From: Bdellovibrionota bacterium
GTDB taxonomy: Bacteria > Bdellovibrionota_C > UBA2361 > CAKMMH01
DNA: 64,000 bases
Assembly: GCA_050952645.1 (NCBI GenBank)
Contig: JBMNLI010000012.1
Coordinates: 256,001-320,000 of the forward strand
Direction: 5' to 3'
A program made the position numbers and the translations under genes. The notes below the pieces were generated by a model. It was not told the origin of the DNA. It made no database searches and saw nothing but the letters and a program-made list of their open reading frames with translations. Shown here piece after piece: positions 21,603-31,227 of the stretch; within the stretch, counting starts at the first letter, position 1, and every line of letters begins with the position of its first letter.

Positions 21603-22472
21603 CTAATTTTTTACTAGCATCGTTCCTACCCCTTTATCTGTGAGAAGCTCTAATAAAATAGAGTGGGGAATGCGTCCATCTACTATAAATACTTTTTCCA
21701 CTCCTTTATCGATAGCTTCTATGTAGCACTCTACTTTTGGCACCAAGGTATCGGGAATTGCATTCTCCTTTAGAAGTTTTTCAGCTTCTTTTAAATCGAT
21801 TTTTGAAATAAGAGTTTTAGGATCGTCTTTTTCGCGTAGTATTCCAGCTATATTAGTTATTACCACTATAGCCTTAGCTCTTAGCTCACTAGCGATATAA
21901 GATGCTGCCGAATTGGTATTTACATTTAATATACTTCCCATACTATCACAACCTAAAGAAGATATAACTGGAATGCAGCCTTTTTTAAGTATCTCAATAA
22001 TAGGAGTTTTGTTAATTTTCTTAATTTCACCTGCAAGGCTTAATTTTTCACCCTTAATATCTGCTTGTATAAGTTTATCATCTATTCCTAAAAGTCCTTC
22101 GGCCTTTCCACCATTTGCATGCAGTAAATTAACTAAATCTTTATTAACTTTTTTTGCTAATGATTTTTGTAAATATTCTATAGTTCCTTTATCAGTTAGT
22201 TTTAAACCAGCTAAAAATTTAGACCCTTTACTTGCATTGTTTAATAATGCGTTAATTTCTGGGCCGACACTATGAACAAGCACCACTCTAACGCCTAAAT
22301 ACGATAGTCTTACTATATCCTCAATAACTTTTTTTTTTAAATCTTGATTGGCTATGGCATTACTCCCATATTTTATAACTACAATGTTATTTAGGTACTC
22401 TCTTATATATGGCACCGCCTCTACAAGAATTTTTGCTCTGTCTTGGTTGGTAATTTGGTTTTGTTGTGTCAT
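21603..22472 (-). CDS. argB: Acetylglutamate kinase-like protein with degenerate motifs
   Basis: RAKILVEAVPYI…VVIKYG…IPVISSLG…PKVE…IVDGRIPHSILLELLT..GVGT. The glycine-rich motifs are altered. Confidence 0.85.
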   Translation of the reverse strand: MTQQNQITNQDRAKILVEAVPYIREYLNNIVVIKYGSNAIANQDLKKKVIEDIVRLSYLGVRVVLVHSVGPEINALLNNASKGSKFLAGLKLTDKGTIEYLQKSLAKKVNKDLVNLLHANGGKAEGLLGIDDKLIQADIKGEKLSLAGEIKKINKTPIIEILKKGCIPVISSLGCDSMGSILNVNTNSAASYIASELRAKAIVVITNIAGILREKDDPKTLISKIDLKEAEKLLKENAIPDTLVPKVECYIEAIDKGVEKVFIVDGRIPHSILLELLTDKGVGTMLVKN

Positions 22473-22596
22473 TTTTCTTATAATCTCCAATAATCTTAGT
22501 TTTTTTTTAAATGGAGTTGTCCTAAACGCTTTAGTCTGAAGCTAAAAAAACTCCTTATATAATAAATTTAGTTCTTCACGATATTTTATTTTTATT

Positions 22597-23874
22597 TTAA
22601 TTTTTATCTTTATCTTTATCTTTATCTTTATTAACTAATCTAGATATTATCATAGCACTAGCAGTATTTCCAACGGAATTTAAAAGCGTTGCAGGAGCAT
22701 CTATAATCGTGCTTATTATTAAAATAAGCGGTAAAAATTCTTGTGGGAGATGTAGCATGCTTAGAAGTGCCACTTCGCCCATTATGCCACCGCTAGGAAT
22801 CGCTCCAATAACGACACTTGAAATAAACGCTACTAATATAATAATTATTATAAATGAAAAGCTAGAAAAATCCTGCCCTAAAATAGTAAGTAAAAATGTA
22901 ATTTTAAATATATTTCCTATAATAGAGCCATCTTTATGAATATTAACACCAAGCGGCAAACTAATATCACAAACATCCTCTGATACATTCATCTTTTTTG
23001 TTGCAATCATATTTGTAGGAAGCGAAGCTGCGCTCGAACAAGACCCAAGTGACATTACGGTAGGGGGTAAAACATTTTTCCAATATAAAACTAACCCCTT
23101 TTTTCCGCCTCCAAGATAAGCATAAAAAGAAAAAACTAAAAAATAAGTAATAATAGCGACTATTAAATATAAAATAAAAAGATTTAGGTAGCCCGTTAAA
23201 ATTTTGGGCCCTAAGCTTGCAACTACATTAGCAAAATAAACCCCAAGACCAAGAGGGGCAAATTTCATTATAAAATTTATTAGTTCAAGCATTACATTCT
23301 TTCCATCATTTAGAAATTTACAAAGGGTATCAGGTTTTTTATCACACCTAGTTATAGCTAATCCAGATAACATTGAGAAAACTATTAGTGGTAAAATGTA
23401 GTTTTTAGAAAGAAGCAAATAAAAATCATTAGTAGTAAAAATCTTAGTAAGGCTATCTAAAAGATTTTCTAATGAAAAATTTTCTAGCGAGTTTTGTAGC
23501 GTTTTAATATTTTCGTAAGAAGCATCTTCTAAAATATTTTTAAAGTTATGAGCACTTAATCCCTTAGCTGGGTTGTATATATAAATCGCTATTAGTCCGA
23601 TAAGTGAAGATACGATAGAGGTAGCAATAAAAACTATAATGGTATATTTAAGTATTTTATTTAGTCTTTTGCCTATATTAAAATTTGTAAATGATGATAC
23701 TACACAAAAAAATATTAGTGGGGGAAGCATCATAAAAAGGATATTAAAAAACAAATCTCCGATAGGCTTTATATATAAAACTTGGTTTTTAAAAAAGATA
23801 CCAAAGATGCCACCTAAAATTACAGACGATATTAAAATTATCGATGATTTGTACGTCTTTAAAAATTTTTTCAT
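22597..23874 (-). CDS. Dicarboxylate/amino acid:cation symporter (DAACS)
   Basis: KPIGDLF, SCSSAASLP, LPLGVNIHKDG and ATLLNSVGN motifs; multi-TM. Confidence 0.92.
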   Translation of the reverse strand: MKKFLKTYKSSIILISSVILGGIFGIFFKNQVLYIKPIGDLFFNILFMMLPPLIFFCVVSSFTNFNIGKRLNKILKYTIIVFIATSIVSSLIGLIAIYIYNPAKGLSAHNFKNILEDASYENIKTLQNSLENFSLENLLDSLTKIFTTNDFYLLLSKNYILPLIVFSMLSGLAITRCDKKPDTLCKFLNDGKNVMLELINFIMKFAPLGLGVYFANVVASLGPKILTGYLNLFILYLIVAIITYFLVFSFYAYLGGGKKGLVLYWKNVLPPTVMSLGSCSSAASLPTNMIATKKMNVSEDVCDISLPLGVNIHKDGSIIGNIFKITFLLTILGQDFSSFSFIIIIILVAFISSVVIGAIPSGGIMGEVALLSMLHLPQEFLPLILIISTIIDAPATLLNSVGNTASAMIISRLVNKDKDKDKDKN

Positions 23875-23906
23875 AAATAGTTCCTTATATTTTCCTTATA
23901 TTTTTT

Positions 23907-24323
23907 TTAAGATGATTTTTTGTATTCTATATCTTCTTGTATTATATTTTCACGTTCTATATTATATCTTGTGTTTTCATCATCTAGAAAAAACTTTAAT
24001 GCACACGAAACGCAATCTTTACAAGATTTTTTATTTTCTTTTCGTATCTCTTTGCAAGTTAAATTCCCGATTTCAGTCTTAAATTTTTCTATAAGTTTAT
24101 TAGCGATTTCTTTATTATCAAGCGCACTTAGTGCGCCAAAGAGAGCACCACAATAGCCACTTTCTGCTCGCCCCCCTCCAAAGGCTTTAGCCTCATTTAT
24201 GCTACTGTCTGTAATATTAAAATTATTACACTCTATACTTAAAACTTTTAATACTGTTTGGGCGCAATTATAGCCTTCATGTCCACGAAAGTATTTAGTT
24301 ATTAATTTTTGATAATTACACAT
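23907..24323 (-). CDS. C-GCAxxG-C-C family putative redox protein
   Basis: YNCAQ…FGGG…GYCGALFG…CKEI…CKDCV. Confidence 0.85.
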   Translation of the reverse strand: MCNYQKLITKYFRGHEGYNCAQTVLKVLSIECNNFNITDSSINEAKAFGGGRAESGYCGALFGALSALDNKEIANKLIEKFKTEIGNLTCKEIRKENKKSCKDCVSCALKFFLDDENTRYNIERENIIQEDIEYKKSS

Positions 24324-24444
24324 TTTGACCTTATCTCCTAATGCTGTTAAAATAATATTATTGAAATAATATTGTTAAAATTTTTGAAACGCTGATCGTT
24401 TTTAAGATTTTATTTATTTTATAATTTAACATTTAATAGTAAAT

Positions 24445-25935
24445 ATGATAACTATATTTTTTGATTTAGAGACTAGCAGAACTGAGCCTATTGGGCAAAT
24501 ATTAAACTATAGCTTTATAGCTACGAATGATGATTTTGAAGTCATAGATGAGTGCTTTGGAGATATCAGGATTTCTCCTTTAGAGCTTCCGTGTCCTTAT
24601 GCAATTTTAGCAAATAAAGTAGACGTCATAAAGCATCAGCAAAAAAACATTTCAGATGAAAAAAGTGAAATGATGTCTATGCAAAGAATTTTTAATTTTT
24701 TTGAGAATATGATTAAGGAAGGTAGGGGAGAGAAGATTGTTTTAGTTGGATATAACTCGCTAAAGTTTGATGTCCCATATTTAAGAACCTCTATGATTAG
24801 AAATGGCTTTTCGCCTTATTTTAATGGTCAGATTATATATAGAGATTTACTCTATGTGGTAAGAAAAATTTCATGCACTAGGGAGGATTTTATAAGAACT
24901 AGCAAGCACGATGAAAGTGCTAAAAAAAATAAACTTTCCCTAACGTTAGAGACTACTAGCCAAAATTATAATCTTTTGCAAGGCGAGCAATTACACAATT
25001 CAAGAGATGACGTTTTATTAACTATAAATTTAGCTAAAAAGTTATTAGAAATTTTTAATTTAGATGTAAGAAAATATAATGGCTATGAGTTAAGCTTTAG
25101 TGAACACGCAAAGTATAAAAAGGAGGGTAAGGTTTTCACGCCGATATTTCCAGAATATGATTTAGGCGCTACAAAAAATTATGAAAATAGATTTTATGTT
25201 CTTTTAGATTATTCCGATAGATATTCATTATGGGTAGACTTAGATAAGTTTAAAGAATGCAAAGAAGCGTCTAAAATAGAAACGTCTAAAATAGAAACGT
25301 CTAAGGAAGGTAGTTTAGAAGATAGCTTACAAGATAGTTTAGATAAGTTTAAAAGGGCTATCTCTTGGTATAATTATAGTGCTTCCTATCTTTTTAAGCC
25401 TATAAAAGATATTGAGGTGCCAAACTTTTACTATGAGCTTGCGAAAGAAAGCTTAGATATGCTAAAAGATATCAATTTAGATAACTATTTTGAGATTAGT
25501 GAATGTGATATAGAGCAAGATATATATAGATTATCATTTAACTCATTAGATTTATTACATAAAATCATATGGGAAAACGATTCTAGTGTTTCAAAAGGGC
25601 AAATAAGTAGAGATTTAAACGTTGTTTTAACTAGATGGAAGCTAGCTAACATCAAATGGGAAGATATCAATAGGGAAGATGAGAAAGATATCAATAAACT
25701 AAAGTTCTTAGAAATGTATGCAAATCATAGGTATGGAAAGGATAATAGTTTGCTATTAAATAAGTTTGCTAAAAAAGATAGCGAAAATAAGGAAGATTTT
25801 CATTTAAGTTTCTTTGAATTATTAGAAAATATTGAAAGTTTAAAAGAAGAGAATAAGGATAATAAGGAAAACATTAGTTTGCTTTTATCGCTAGAGAAGT
25901 TTTATAAGGAATCTATTATTGCTAGCTTCTTTTAA
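24445..25935 (+). CDS. DEDDh 3'-5' exonuclease, exonuclease I (SbcB)-like N-terminal domain
   Basis: FFDLET, VGYNS.KFD..YLR, L.LE, HNSRDDV..T. Confidence 0.8.
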   Translation: MITIFFDLETSRTEPIGQILNYSFIATNDDFEVIDECFGDIRISPLELPCPYAILANKVDVIKHQQKNISDEKSEMMSMQRIFNFFENMIKEGRGEKIVLVGYNSLKFDVPYLRTSMIRNGFSPYFNGQIIYRDLLYVVRKISCTREDFIRTSKHDESAKKNKLSLTLETTSQNYNLLQGEQLHNSRDDVLLTINLAKKLLEIFNLDVRKYNGYELSFSEHAKYKKEGKVFTPIFPEYDLGATKNYENRFYVLLDYSDRYSLWVDLDKFKECKEASKIETSKIETSKEGSLEDSLQDSLDKFKRAISWYNYSASYLFKPIKDIEVPNFYYELAKESLDMLKDINLDNYFEISECDIEQDIYRLSFNSLDLLHKIIWENDSSVSKGQISRDLNVVLTRWKLANIKWEDINREDEKDINKLKFLEMYANHRYGKDNSLLLNKFAKKDSENKEDFHLSFFELLENIESLKEENKDNKENISLLLSLEKFYKESIIASFF

Positions 25936-26429
25936 TTCTAGTTTAGATATTTTAAAATATATATTTCATATAAATTTACGCTTATAAAGTTGATAGTTTG
26001 TGTTAATAGTTTGAAAATTTAACTTTGAAAACTTAACCTAAAAAAACCTAACAGAGACTAGAAATAGAATTCTCGTCTCTGTTTATAGGGGGCTTTTAGA
26101 TGGGTTTTTAAAGCTTTTTAAAGGCTTTTATATGCTAATTCTTTCATAAGCTAATTGCTACAAATGCTTTTAATCTTAAGTTTGCATTGCATTTACAATA
26201 TTCACATTTATAATATTCACATTTATAATAAAGTCTTACATTATAAAAAGTTCTATATCTTTACTTTTGTTAAGTTTCTTTTTTCCCTTACCTTTTTTAA
26301 AATTTTAGCCTAACTATGCAAATATAACTATGCAAATAAACTAAAACCTATAACTAATTATTGCATAGTTTAAGTTATGCGATTTTTTATCTAAATGTCT
26401 ATTTTTTAGTTATTTTATTAGTCTAACAT

Positions 26430-28217
26430 TTAACTATTATCAACTAAGTCATTATTTAAGGCAGAAAAAATAGCATATATATTTGCCCTATTTCTATTAG
26501 CTTCTATTCCAATGCCGTAAACGATTTTCTTAGTATCAGGGTATGTGATTTTAGCATAAGAAGCTATCTTATACTCCCCATCTTTATCCTTAAAACCGTG
26601 TTGGTTAATAATTTCTACATTAAAATCTACTATATCTTTTAAAGCATTTTTTAAAGCAGCGACTTCGTTGCTACCTTGCTTGATAATTTCGTAAGTTCTT
26701 CCCTTATGCTCTAATTTAAAACTAATCTCCATATTTTTATCATCTATATATTTTAAGGAATCTAGCGAAAAATTAAAACTAGGTTTGTTTTTAAAATACA
26801 TTTTATAAAACAAGTCTTTTAGTTCATCGTTAGTAATAGCCTTGTTTTTTCCTTCACAAAATTTTTGAACCACATTTGCAAACTCACCTTGCATCTCTTT
26901 AGGTATTTCTAAGCCAAAATTCTCTCTTACAATATACGTTACTCCCCCTTTTCCCGATTGACTATTAACCACTACAAAATTTATTCCTTCTTTTCTACCT
27001 ATATCGGCTGGGTTAATTGGTATATAAGGTACAGGCCATTTTTTATCATCCTCATTGTTTTTCATAGCATCGAGGGATTTTCTTATAGCGTCTTGGTGTG
27101 AGCCAGAATATGCGGTAAATATTTCTTTTCCAGCATAAGGGTGTCTAGCATGAACTTCTAATCCAGTGCATTCCTCATAAATTTCTTTTACTTTATCAAC
27201 ATTTGAGAGATTTAATTTAGGATCCATTCCTTGTGTATATAAATTTAAAGCTATAACTAATATGTCTGCATTACCAGAGCGTTCTCCATTTCCAAAAAGC
27301 GTTCCCTCTACCCTATCGGCACCAGCAAAAAGACCAAGCTGAGTAGCTGCTATAGCCATTCCCATATCATTATGTGGATGGATACTTAAAATTATTGCAT
27401 CTCTATTACATACATTATTTGAAAAATATTCTATCTGATTTGCATAGATATGCGGTGGCGTCATCTCAACAGTTGCAGGAAGATTTATAATCATTTTATT
27501 ATCTTTACTTGCCCCCGAAGCTTCTATAACGGCATCGCAAATTCTTAATGCAAAATCTGGCTCTGTCCCCGTAAAGCTTTCGGGAGAATATTCTAAAGTT
27601 ATATTAGTATCTGTTTCGTTTTTTAACTTAGAAAGCTTAGAAACTCCCTTTAAAATTATATCTATAATTTCATCTTGGGTTTTTTTAAAAACTACTCGTC
27701 TTTGAAGCTCAGAGGTTGAGTTATACAGATGGACTATTGCATTTTTTGCTCCTTTTAAAGACATTACAGTCTTTTCTATTTGCTCTTCTCTAGATTGTGA
27801 TAATACTTGGATAACGACATCATCTGGAATCAAGTTTTCTTCTATTAAAATTCTAGTAAAATCGTATTCGATAGTCGATGCAGCAGGAAAGCCTATTTCA
27901 ATTTCTTTAAATCCTAACGATACTAACATTTCCCAAAACTTTAACTTTTTCTCAAGTGTCATTGGATTTCTTAGAGCTTGATTTCCATCTCTTAAATCTA
28001 CACTGCACCATATAGGGGGTTTTTCAAGAGTTATTTTAGAAACCCAAGTGCAAGTTTGCATCTCAGGAATAAATGCAGTGTTAATTCCGTATACTCCTTT
28101 TGGGTCTTTTAATTTTTCAAAATCTTTAGTATTAAGAGTAGTTTCCCTAGTACTAGTTTCGTTTACATTAGTTTTACCTATAATTTGATTTCTTTTATCA
28201 TCGAAATTAGCGTTCAT
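26430..28217 (-). CDS. leuA: 2-isopropylmalate synthase (yeast/actinobacterial type)
   Basis: PIWCSVDLRDGNQAL, EYSPESF, INLPATVE, HPHND, EGTLFGNGER.GN, SGSHQDAI, NSQSGKGG. Confidence 0.97.
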   Translation of the reverse strand: MNANFDDKRNQIIGKTNVNETSTRETTLNTKDFEKLKDPKGVYGINTAFIPEMQTCTWVSKITLEKPPIWCSVDLRDGNQALRNPMTLEKKLKFWEMLVSLGFKEIEIGFPAASTIEYDFTRILIEENLIPDDVVIQVLSQSREEQIEKTVMSLKGAKNAIVHLYNSTSELQRRVVFKKTQDEIIDIILKGVSKLSKLKNETDTNITLEYSPESFTGTEPDFALRICDAVIEASGASKDNKMIINLPATVEMTPPHIYANQIEYFSNNVCNRDAIILSIHPHNDMGMAIAATQLGLFAGADRVEGTLFGNGERSGNADILVIALNLYTQGMDPKLNLSNVDKVKEIYEECTGLEVHARHPYAGKEIFTAYSGSHQDAIRKSLDAMKNNEDDKKWPVPYIPINPADIGRKEGINFVVVNSQSGKGGVTYIVRENFGLEIPKEMQGEFANVVQKFCEGKNKAITNDELKDLFYKMYFKNKPSFNFSLDSLKYIDDKNMEISFKLEHKGRTYEIIKQGSNEVAALKNALKDIVDFNVEIINQHGFKDKDGEYKIASYAKITYPDTKKIVYGIGIEANRNRANIYAIFSALNNDLVDNS

Positions 28218-28461
28218 TTTTTAGTTCTCCTTTTAATTATTTTTTTTAATATTATAAATCATTGCAAAATAATAAAGTCTCTAAGAAGAAACTAGTAATA
28301 AGTTGCAATGATAATTTTTTACAAAAAATAATTTATATAAAGTTAAAGAGCGTATTAGCTACTTTAAAAAATATTTTGTAAAAAATTTAAATAAATTTTA
28401 TTTTTTGTATTGTTAATGAAATTTCTCTTTTAAAATAATAGATTGAAATAAGTTATAAAAA

Positions 28462-28614
28462 TTATAAGAGAAGGAGGAGTGTGAGTGGTAGATTAAGGAG
28501 GATAGAAGAACTTAAAGGAGAATTGTTATTAGAATTTTTAGAAGAATTAAAATTTTCGATTTTAAATTTCGACCTGTCTTTTATTTTAGTTTTTTTATCA
28601 TAAAAATAATTCAT
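28462..28614 (-). CDS. Putative leu leader peptide (50 aa, MNYFYDKK…SPLSSSILLNLPLTLLLLL)
   Basis: ATG at 28614 with AAAGGT upstream; 10 Leu codons in the last 17 codons; ends about 245 nt upstream of leuA on the same strand. Confidence 0.75.
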   Translation of the reverse strand: MNYFYDKKTKIKDRSKFKIENFNSSKNSNNNSPLSSSILLNLPLTLLLLL

Positions 28615-28653
28615 TTTATTTACCTTTTAATAAAAAAAATTAATCACACGAAC

Positions 28654-28685
28654 ATTATAATCTAATATTTTTAAAAATATGTCAA
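28654..28685 (-). promoter_or_regulatory. Putative promoter for leader-leuA (TTGACA-20 nt-TATAAT)
   Basis: Both hexamers are perfect consensus. The spacer is over-long and overlaps a 16-bp palindrome. Confidence 0.45.
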
Positions 28686-28693
28686 CAAATTTG

Positions 28694-28797
28694 GGCTCTT
28701 CACGTTTTAAGGTAGGTTTTAGACCTTAAAATTAGTATCACTCACCTCGACGAAGCCCAAAAACAATTTTTCTAACCCACCTAAAACGTGAAGAACC
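28694..28797. mobile_element. MITE family B (ISL3-like ends), short internally deleted copy
   Basis: TIRs GGCTCTTCACGTTTTA…TAAAACGTGAAGAACC; flanks CAAATTTG/CAAATTTT (7/8 match to an 8-bp target duplication). Confidence 0.85.
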
Positions 28798-28804
28798 CAA
28801 ATTT

Positions 28805-29611
28805 TTAATATACTAAAAACTTATAGTACTCAACGTAATCTAAAAACAATCCGTATGCTGGGGCGGTAGGTCCTGCAAAAGTTCTATCTTTCTTTTCTAA
28901 AATCTCTAATATATCTTTACCGTTTCCCTTTCCAATTTCTACTAAAGTCCCTACTATATTTCTTACCATTTGTTTTAAAAATCCTGAACCAGTAATAGAG
29001 ATTACGATTTTTTCGTTATTATTCTTAGGATTATTTTTAGGATTATTTTCAGGCTCGTTTCCAAACGCATTTTCCTTAGTTATGCTTATATCAAAAATTT
29101 CTTTCACAGGACTTCTAGCGGTGCAACCGCTAGCCCTAAAGCTTGAAAAATCGTGAACGCCTATTAATTTTTTTGCTTGGTTTTGCATAAGTGTGATATC
29201 TAATTTTTTTGCAACGTGCCAAACTAAGCCTTTTTCGATACAAGGAGGATTCGGGCGGTTTAGAATATGGTATGAATAGCGCTTTTTAATGCTATCTCTA
29301 GTCGCATGAAAATCATCTGGGGCTATATCGATATACTTAACTGAAAGTTTATAGCGTAAAATACTACTTATAGCATAACTTAAAGTTTGTAAATCCATCT
29401 CAAGCTTATCTACATGAAAGTTTACTACTTGTGCCCTAGCATGAACGCCAGCATCAGTGCGACCCGAGGCTATAATATTTTTTATGTCGTCTTTTAAAAC
29501 TATATTTAATGCACGTCTAAGCTCAGAATAAACGGTTTCTAAGTTAGGCTGAGATTGCCAGCCATGAAAAAAGCTTCCATTATATTCGACAACCATTCTT
29601 ACATTAGTCAT
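28805..29611 (-). CDS. truA: tRNA pseudouridine(38-40) synthase
   Basis: YNGS.FHGWQ.Q, SGRTDAGVHA..Q, G.HDFSSF, GFLKQMVR.IVG, TAPA.GLFL. Confidence 0.97.
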   Translation of the reverse strand: MTNVRMVVEYNGSFFHGWQSQPNLETVYSELRRALNIVLKDDIKNIIASGRTDAGVHARAQVVNFHVDKLEMDLQTLSYAISSILRYKLSVKYIDIAPDDFHATRDSIKKRYSYHILNRPNPPCIEKGLVWHVAKKLDITLMQNQAKKLIGVHDFSSFRASGCTARSPVKEIFDISITKENAFGNEPENNPKNNPKNNNEKIVISITGSGFLKQMVRNIVGTLVEIGKGNGKDILEILEKKDRTFAGPTAPAYGLFLDYVEYYKFLVY

Positions 29612-29656
29612 ATACTTACATTAGTCATATAAAAACAATACTTACTTTAAAATAAA

Positions 29657-30664
29657 TTATTCCATATTCTCTAATATTTTTTGCAATATTTGAACGGCAT
29701 TTAACGCCGCTCCTTTTCTAATATTATCAGACACTACCCACATATTTAATCCATAAGGAACCGAGAAATCTTTTCTAATTCTTCCTACGAAAACCTCATT
29801 TTCTCCTGCAGCATCTAGTGGCATTGGGTATTCATTAATATTATCATTAACGACTATTCCCTCTTTTTTAGATAATATTTCTATAAGTCTTTTTGGTGAT
29901 AACTCTTTGCTCGTTTCTACATTTAAACTTTCAGAGTGTGAGAAAAACACTGGAACTCTTACTGCAGTAGCAGTCATGGGTAAATTTGGAAGATTTAAAA
30001 TTTTTCTAGTTTCATTTATCATTTTATATTCTTCTTTAGTGTATCCGTCATCTTCAATTAAGTCGATTTGAGGAATACAATTAAAAGCTATTTGATGTGG
30101 AAAACACTCTATTTCTATATCTCTTTGATTAAATATGGCTAAGGTTTGGCTCCAAAGTTCATCTAGCGCGTCCTTTCCTGCTCCTGAAACAGATTGATAA
30201 GTAGAAACTACTACCCTTTTTAAACCTGCTTCTTTATTTATAGCATCTAGAACTGGGATTATTTGAATAGTTGAGCAATTAGGATTTGAAATAATCTTAT
30301 CTTCTTTTTTAACTACATTAAAATTTACCTCTGGGACTACTAAAGGAACTCCTTTTTGCATACGAAAAAAGCTTGAATTATCGATACATACAACGCCTTT
30401 TTTACTAGCAATATTTACGAATTTTTCTACAAGTTTTCCAGATACTGCAAAGAGAGCAATGTCAACGCCATTAAACGCATCTTCGGTAAGCAACTCGACT
30501 GGGTAGCTTTCACTAGAAATTTCATATAACTCCCCTACTGAGTTTTCAGAGGCTAAAAGTTTTATATCTTTAAAAGGAATCTTCAAGTCGGTTATCACAT
30601 TTTGCATTTCATTTCCAACTAGCCCAGTTGCACCAACTATTGCGATTACAGCATCTTTTTTCAT
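29657..30664 (-). CDS. asd: Aspartate-semialdehyde dehydrogenase
   Basis: GATGLVG, DNSS.FR, PLVVPEVN, NPNCST, TYQSVSGAG, VRVPV..SHSE, DNIRKGAALNA. Confidence 0.97.
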   Translation of the reverse strand: MKKDAVIAIVGATGLVGNEMQNVITDLKIPFKDIKLLASENSVGELYEISSESYPVELLTEDAFNGVDIALFAVSGKLVEKFVNIASKKGVVCIDNSSFFRMQKGVPLVVPEVNFNVVKKEDKIISNPNCSTIQIIPVLDAINKEAGLKRVVVSTYQSVSGAGKDALDELWSQTLAIFNQRDIEIECFPHQIAFNCIPQIDLIEDDGYTKEEYKMINETRKILNLPNLPMTATAVRVPVFFSHSESLNVETSKELSPKRLIEILSKKEGIVVNDNINEYPMPLDAAGENEVFVGRIRKDFSVPYGLNMWVVSDNIRKGAALNAVQILQKILENME

Positions 30665-30810
30665 GATTTTTTTACCTTTAAATCTTTTAAAATATAAACA
30701 TTAAAATAATCTTTAAAATAATCTTTAAAATAACGAGTGTTTTATTATACAATAAAAAACATTATAAAACATACTTAATTTTATATAAACAAGAAATCTG
30801 TAAATAAAGG

Positions 30811-30876
30811 AGTTCTTCACGTTTTAAAGAGGTATTAAGCTCTTTAAATTAGCGTCCTTAAAAAATATAAAGAACT
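30811..30876. repeat. Degenerate MITE family B copy
   Basis: AGTTCTTCACGTTTTAAAG…TTTAAATTAGC…AAAGAACT. Confidence 0.6.
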
Positions 30877-30942
30877 TAAAAAAATTATCGATTTACTATT
30901 TCTTTTTTTTTATAGATAAGTTAAAGTAGTAAATATTGTTTT

Positions 30943-31017
30943 CGGGGTGTAGCTCAGTTTGGTTAGAGCACTAGTTTTGGGAACTAGGGGTCGGAAGTTC
31001 GAATCCTCTCACCCCGA
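30943..31017 (+). tRNA. tRNA-Pro (anticodon TGG)
   Basis: CGGGGTG/CACCCCG acceptor stem, CTAGT-TTTGGGA-ACTAG anticodon arm and GTTCGAATC T-loop. Confidence 0.95.
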
Positions 31018-31227
31018 CACTAGCTTTTTTCATTTATTTTTTTATATTTCTTCTTTTTAGTTTATTTTAGTTTCATTTTTTAATTATTATTTAATCACTG
31101 CACTTAAAAATAAATTCCATAAGATATATTTAATAAAAATATTAGATCGTTTTATATCATTATCTTTTATGATAAACTAATCTAAGTGTGATTTTCTTCT
31201 AATTTTTCTTAAATTATAAATTGATAT

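Noticed and set aside
30665..30940. Lysine riboswitch or T-box upstream of asd
   Set aside because: The region is AT-rich with only a decayed MITE, and no conserved riboswitch motifs were seen.
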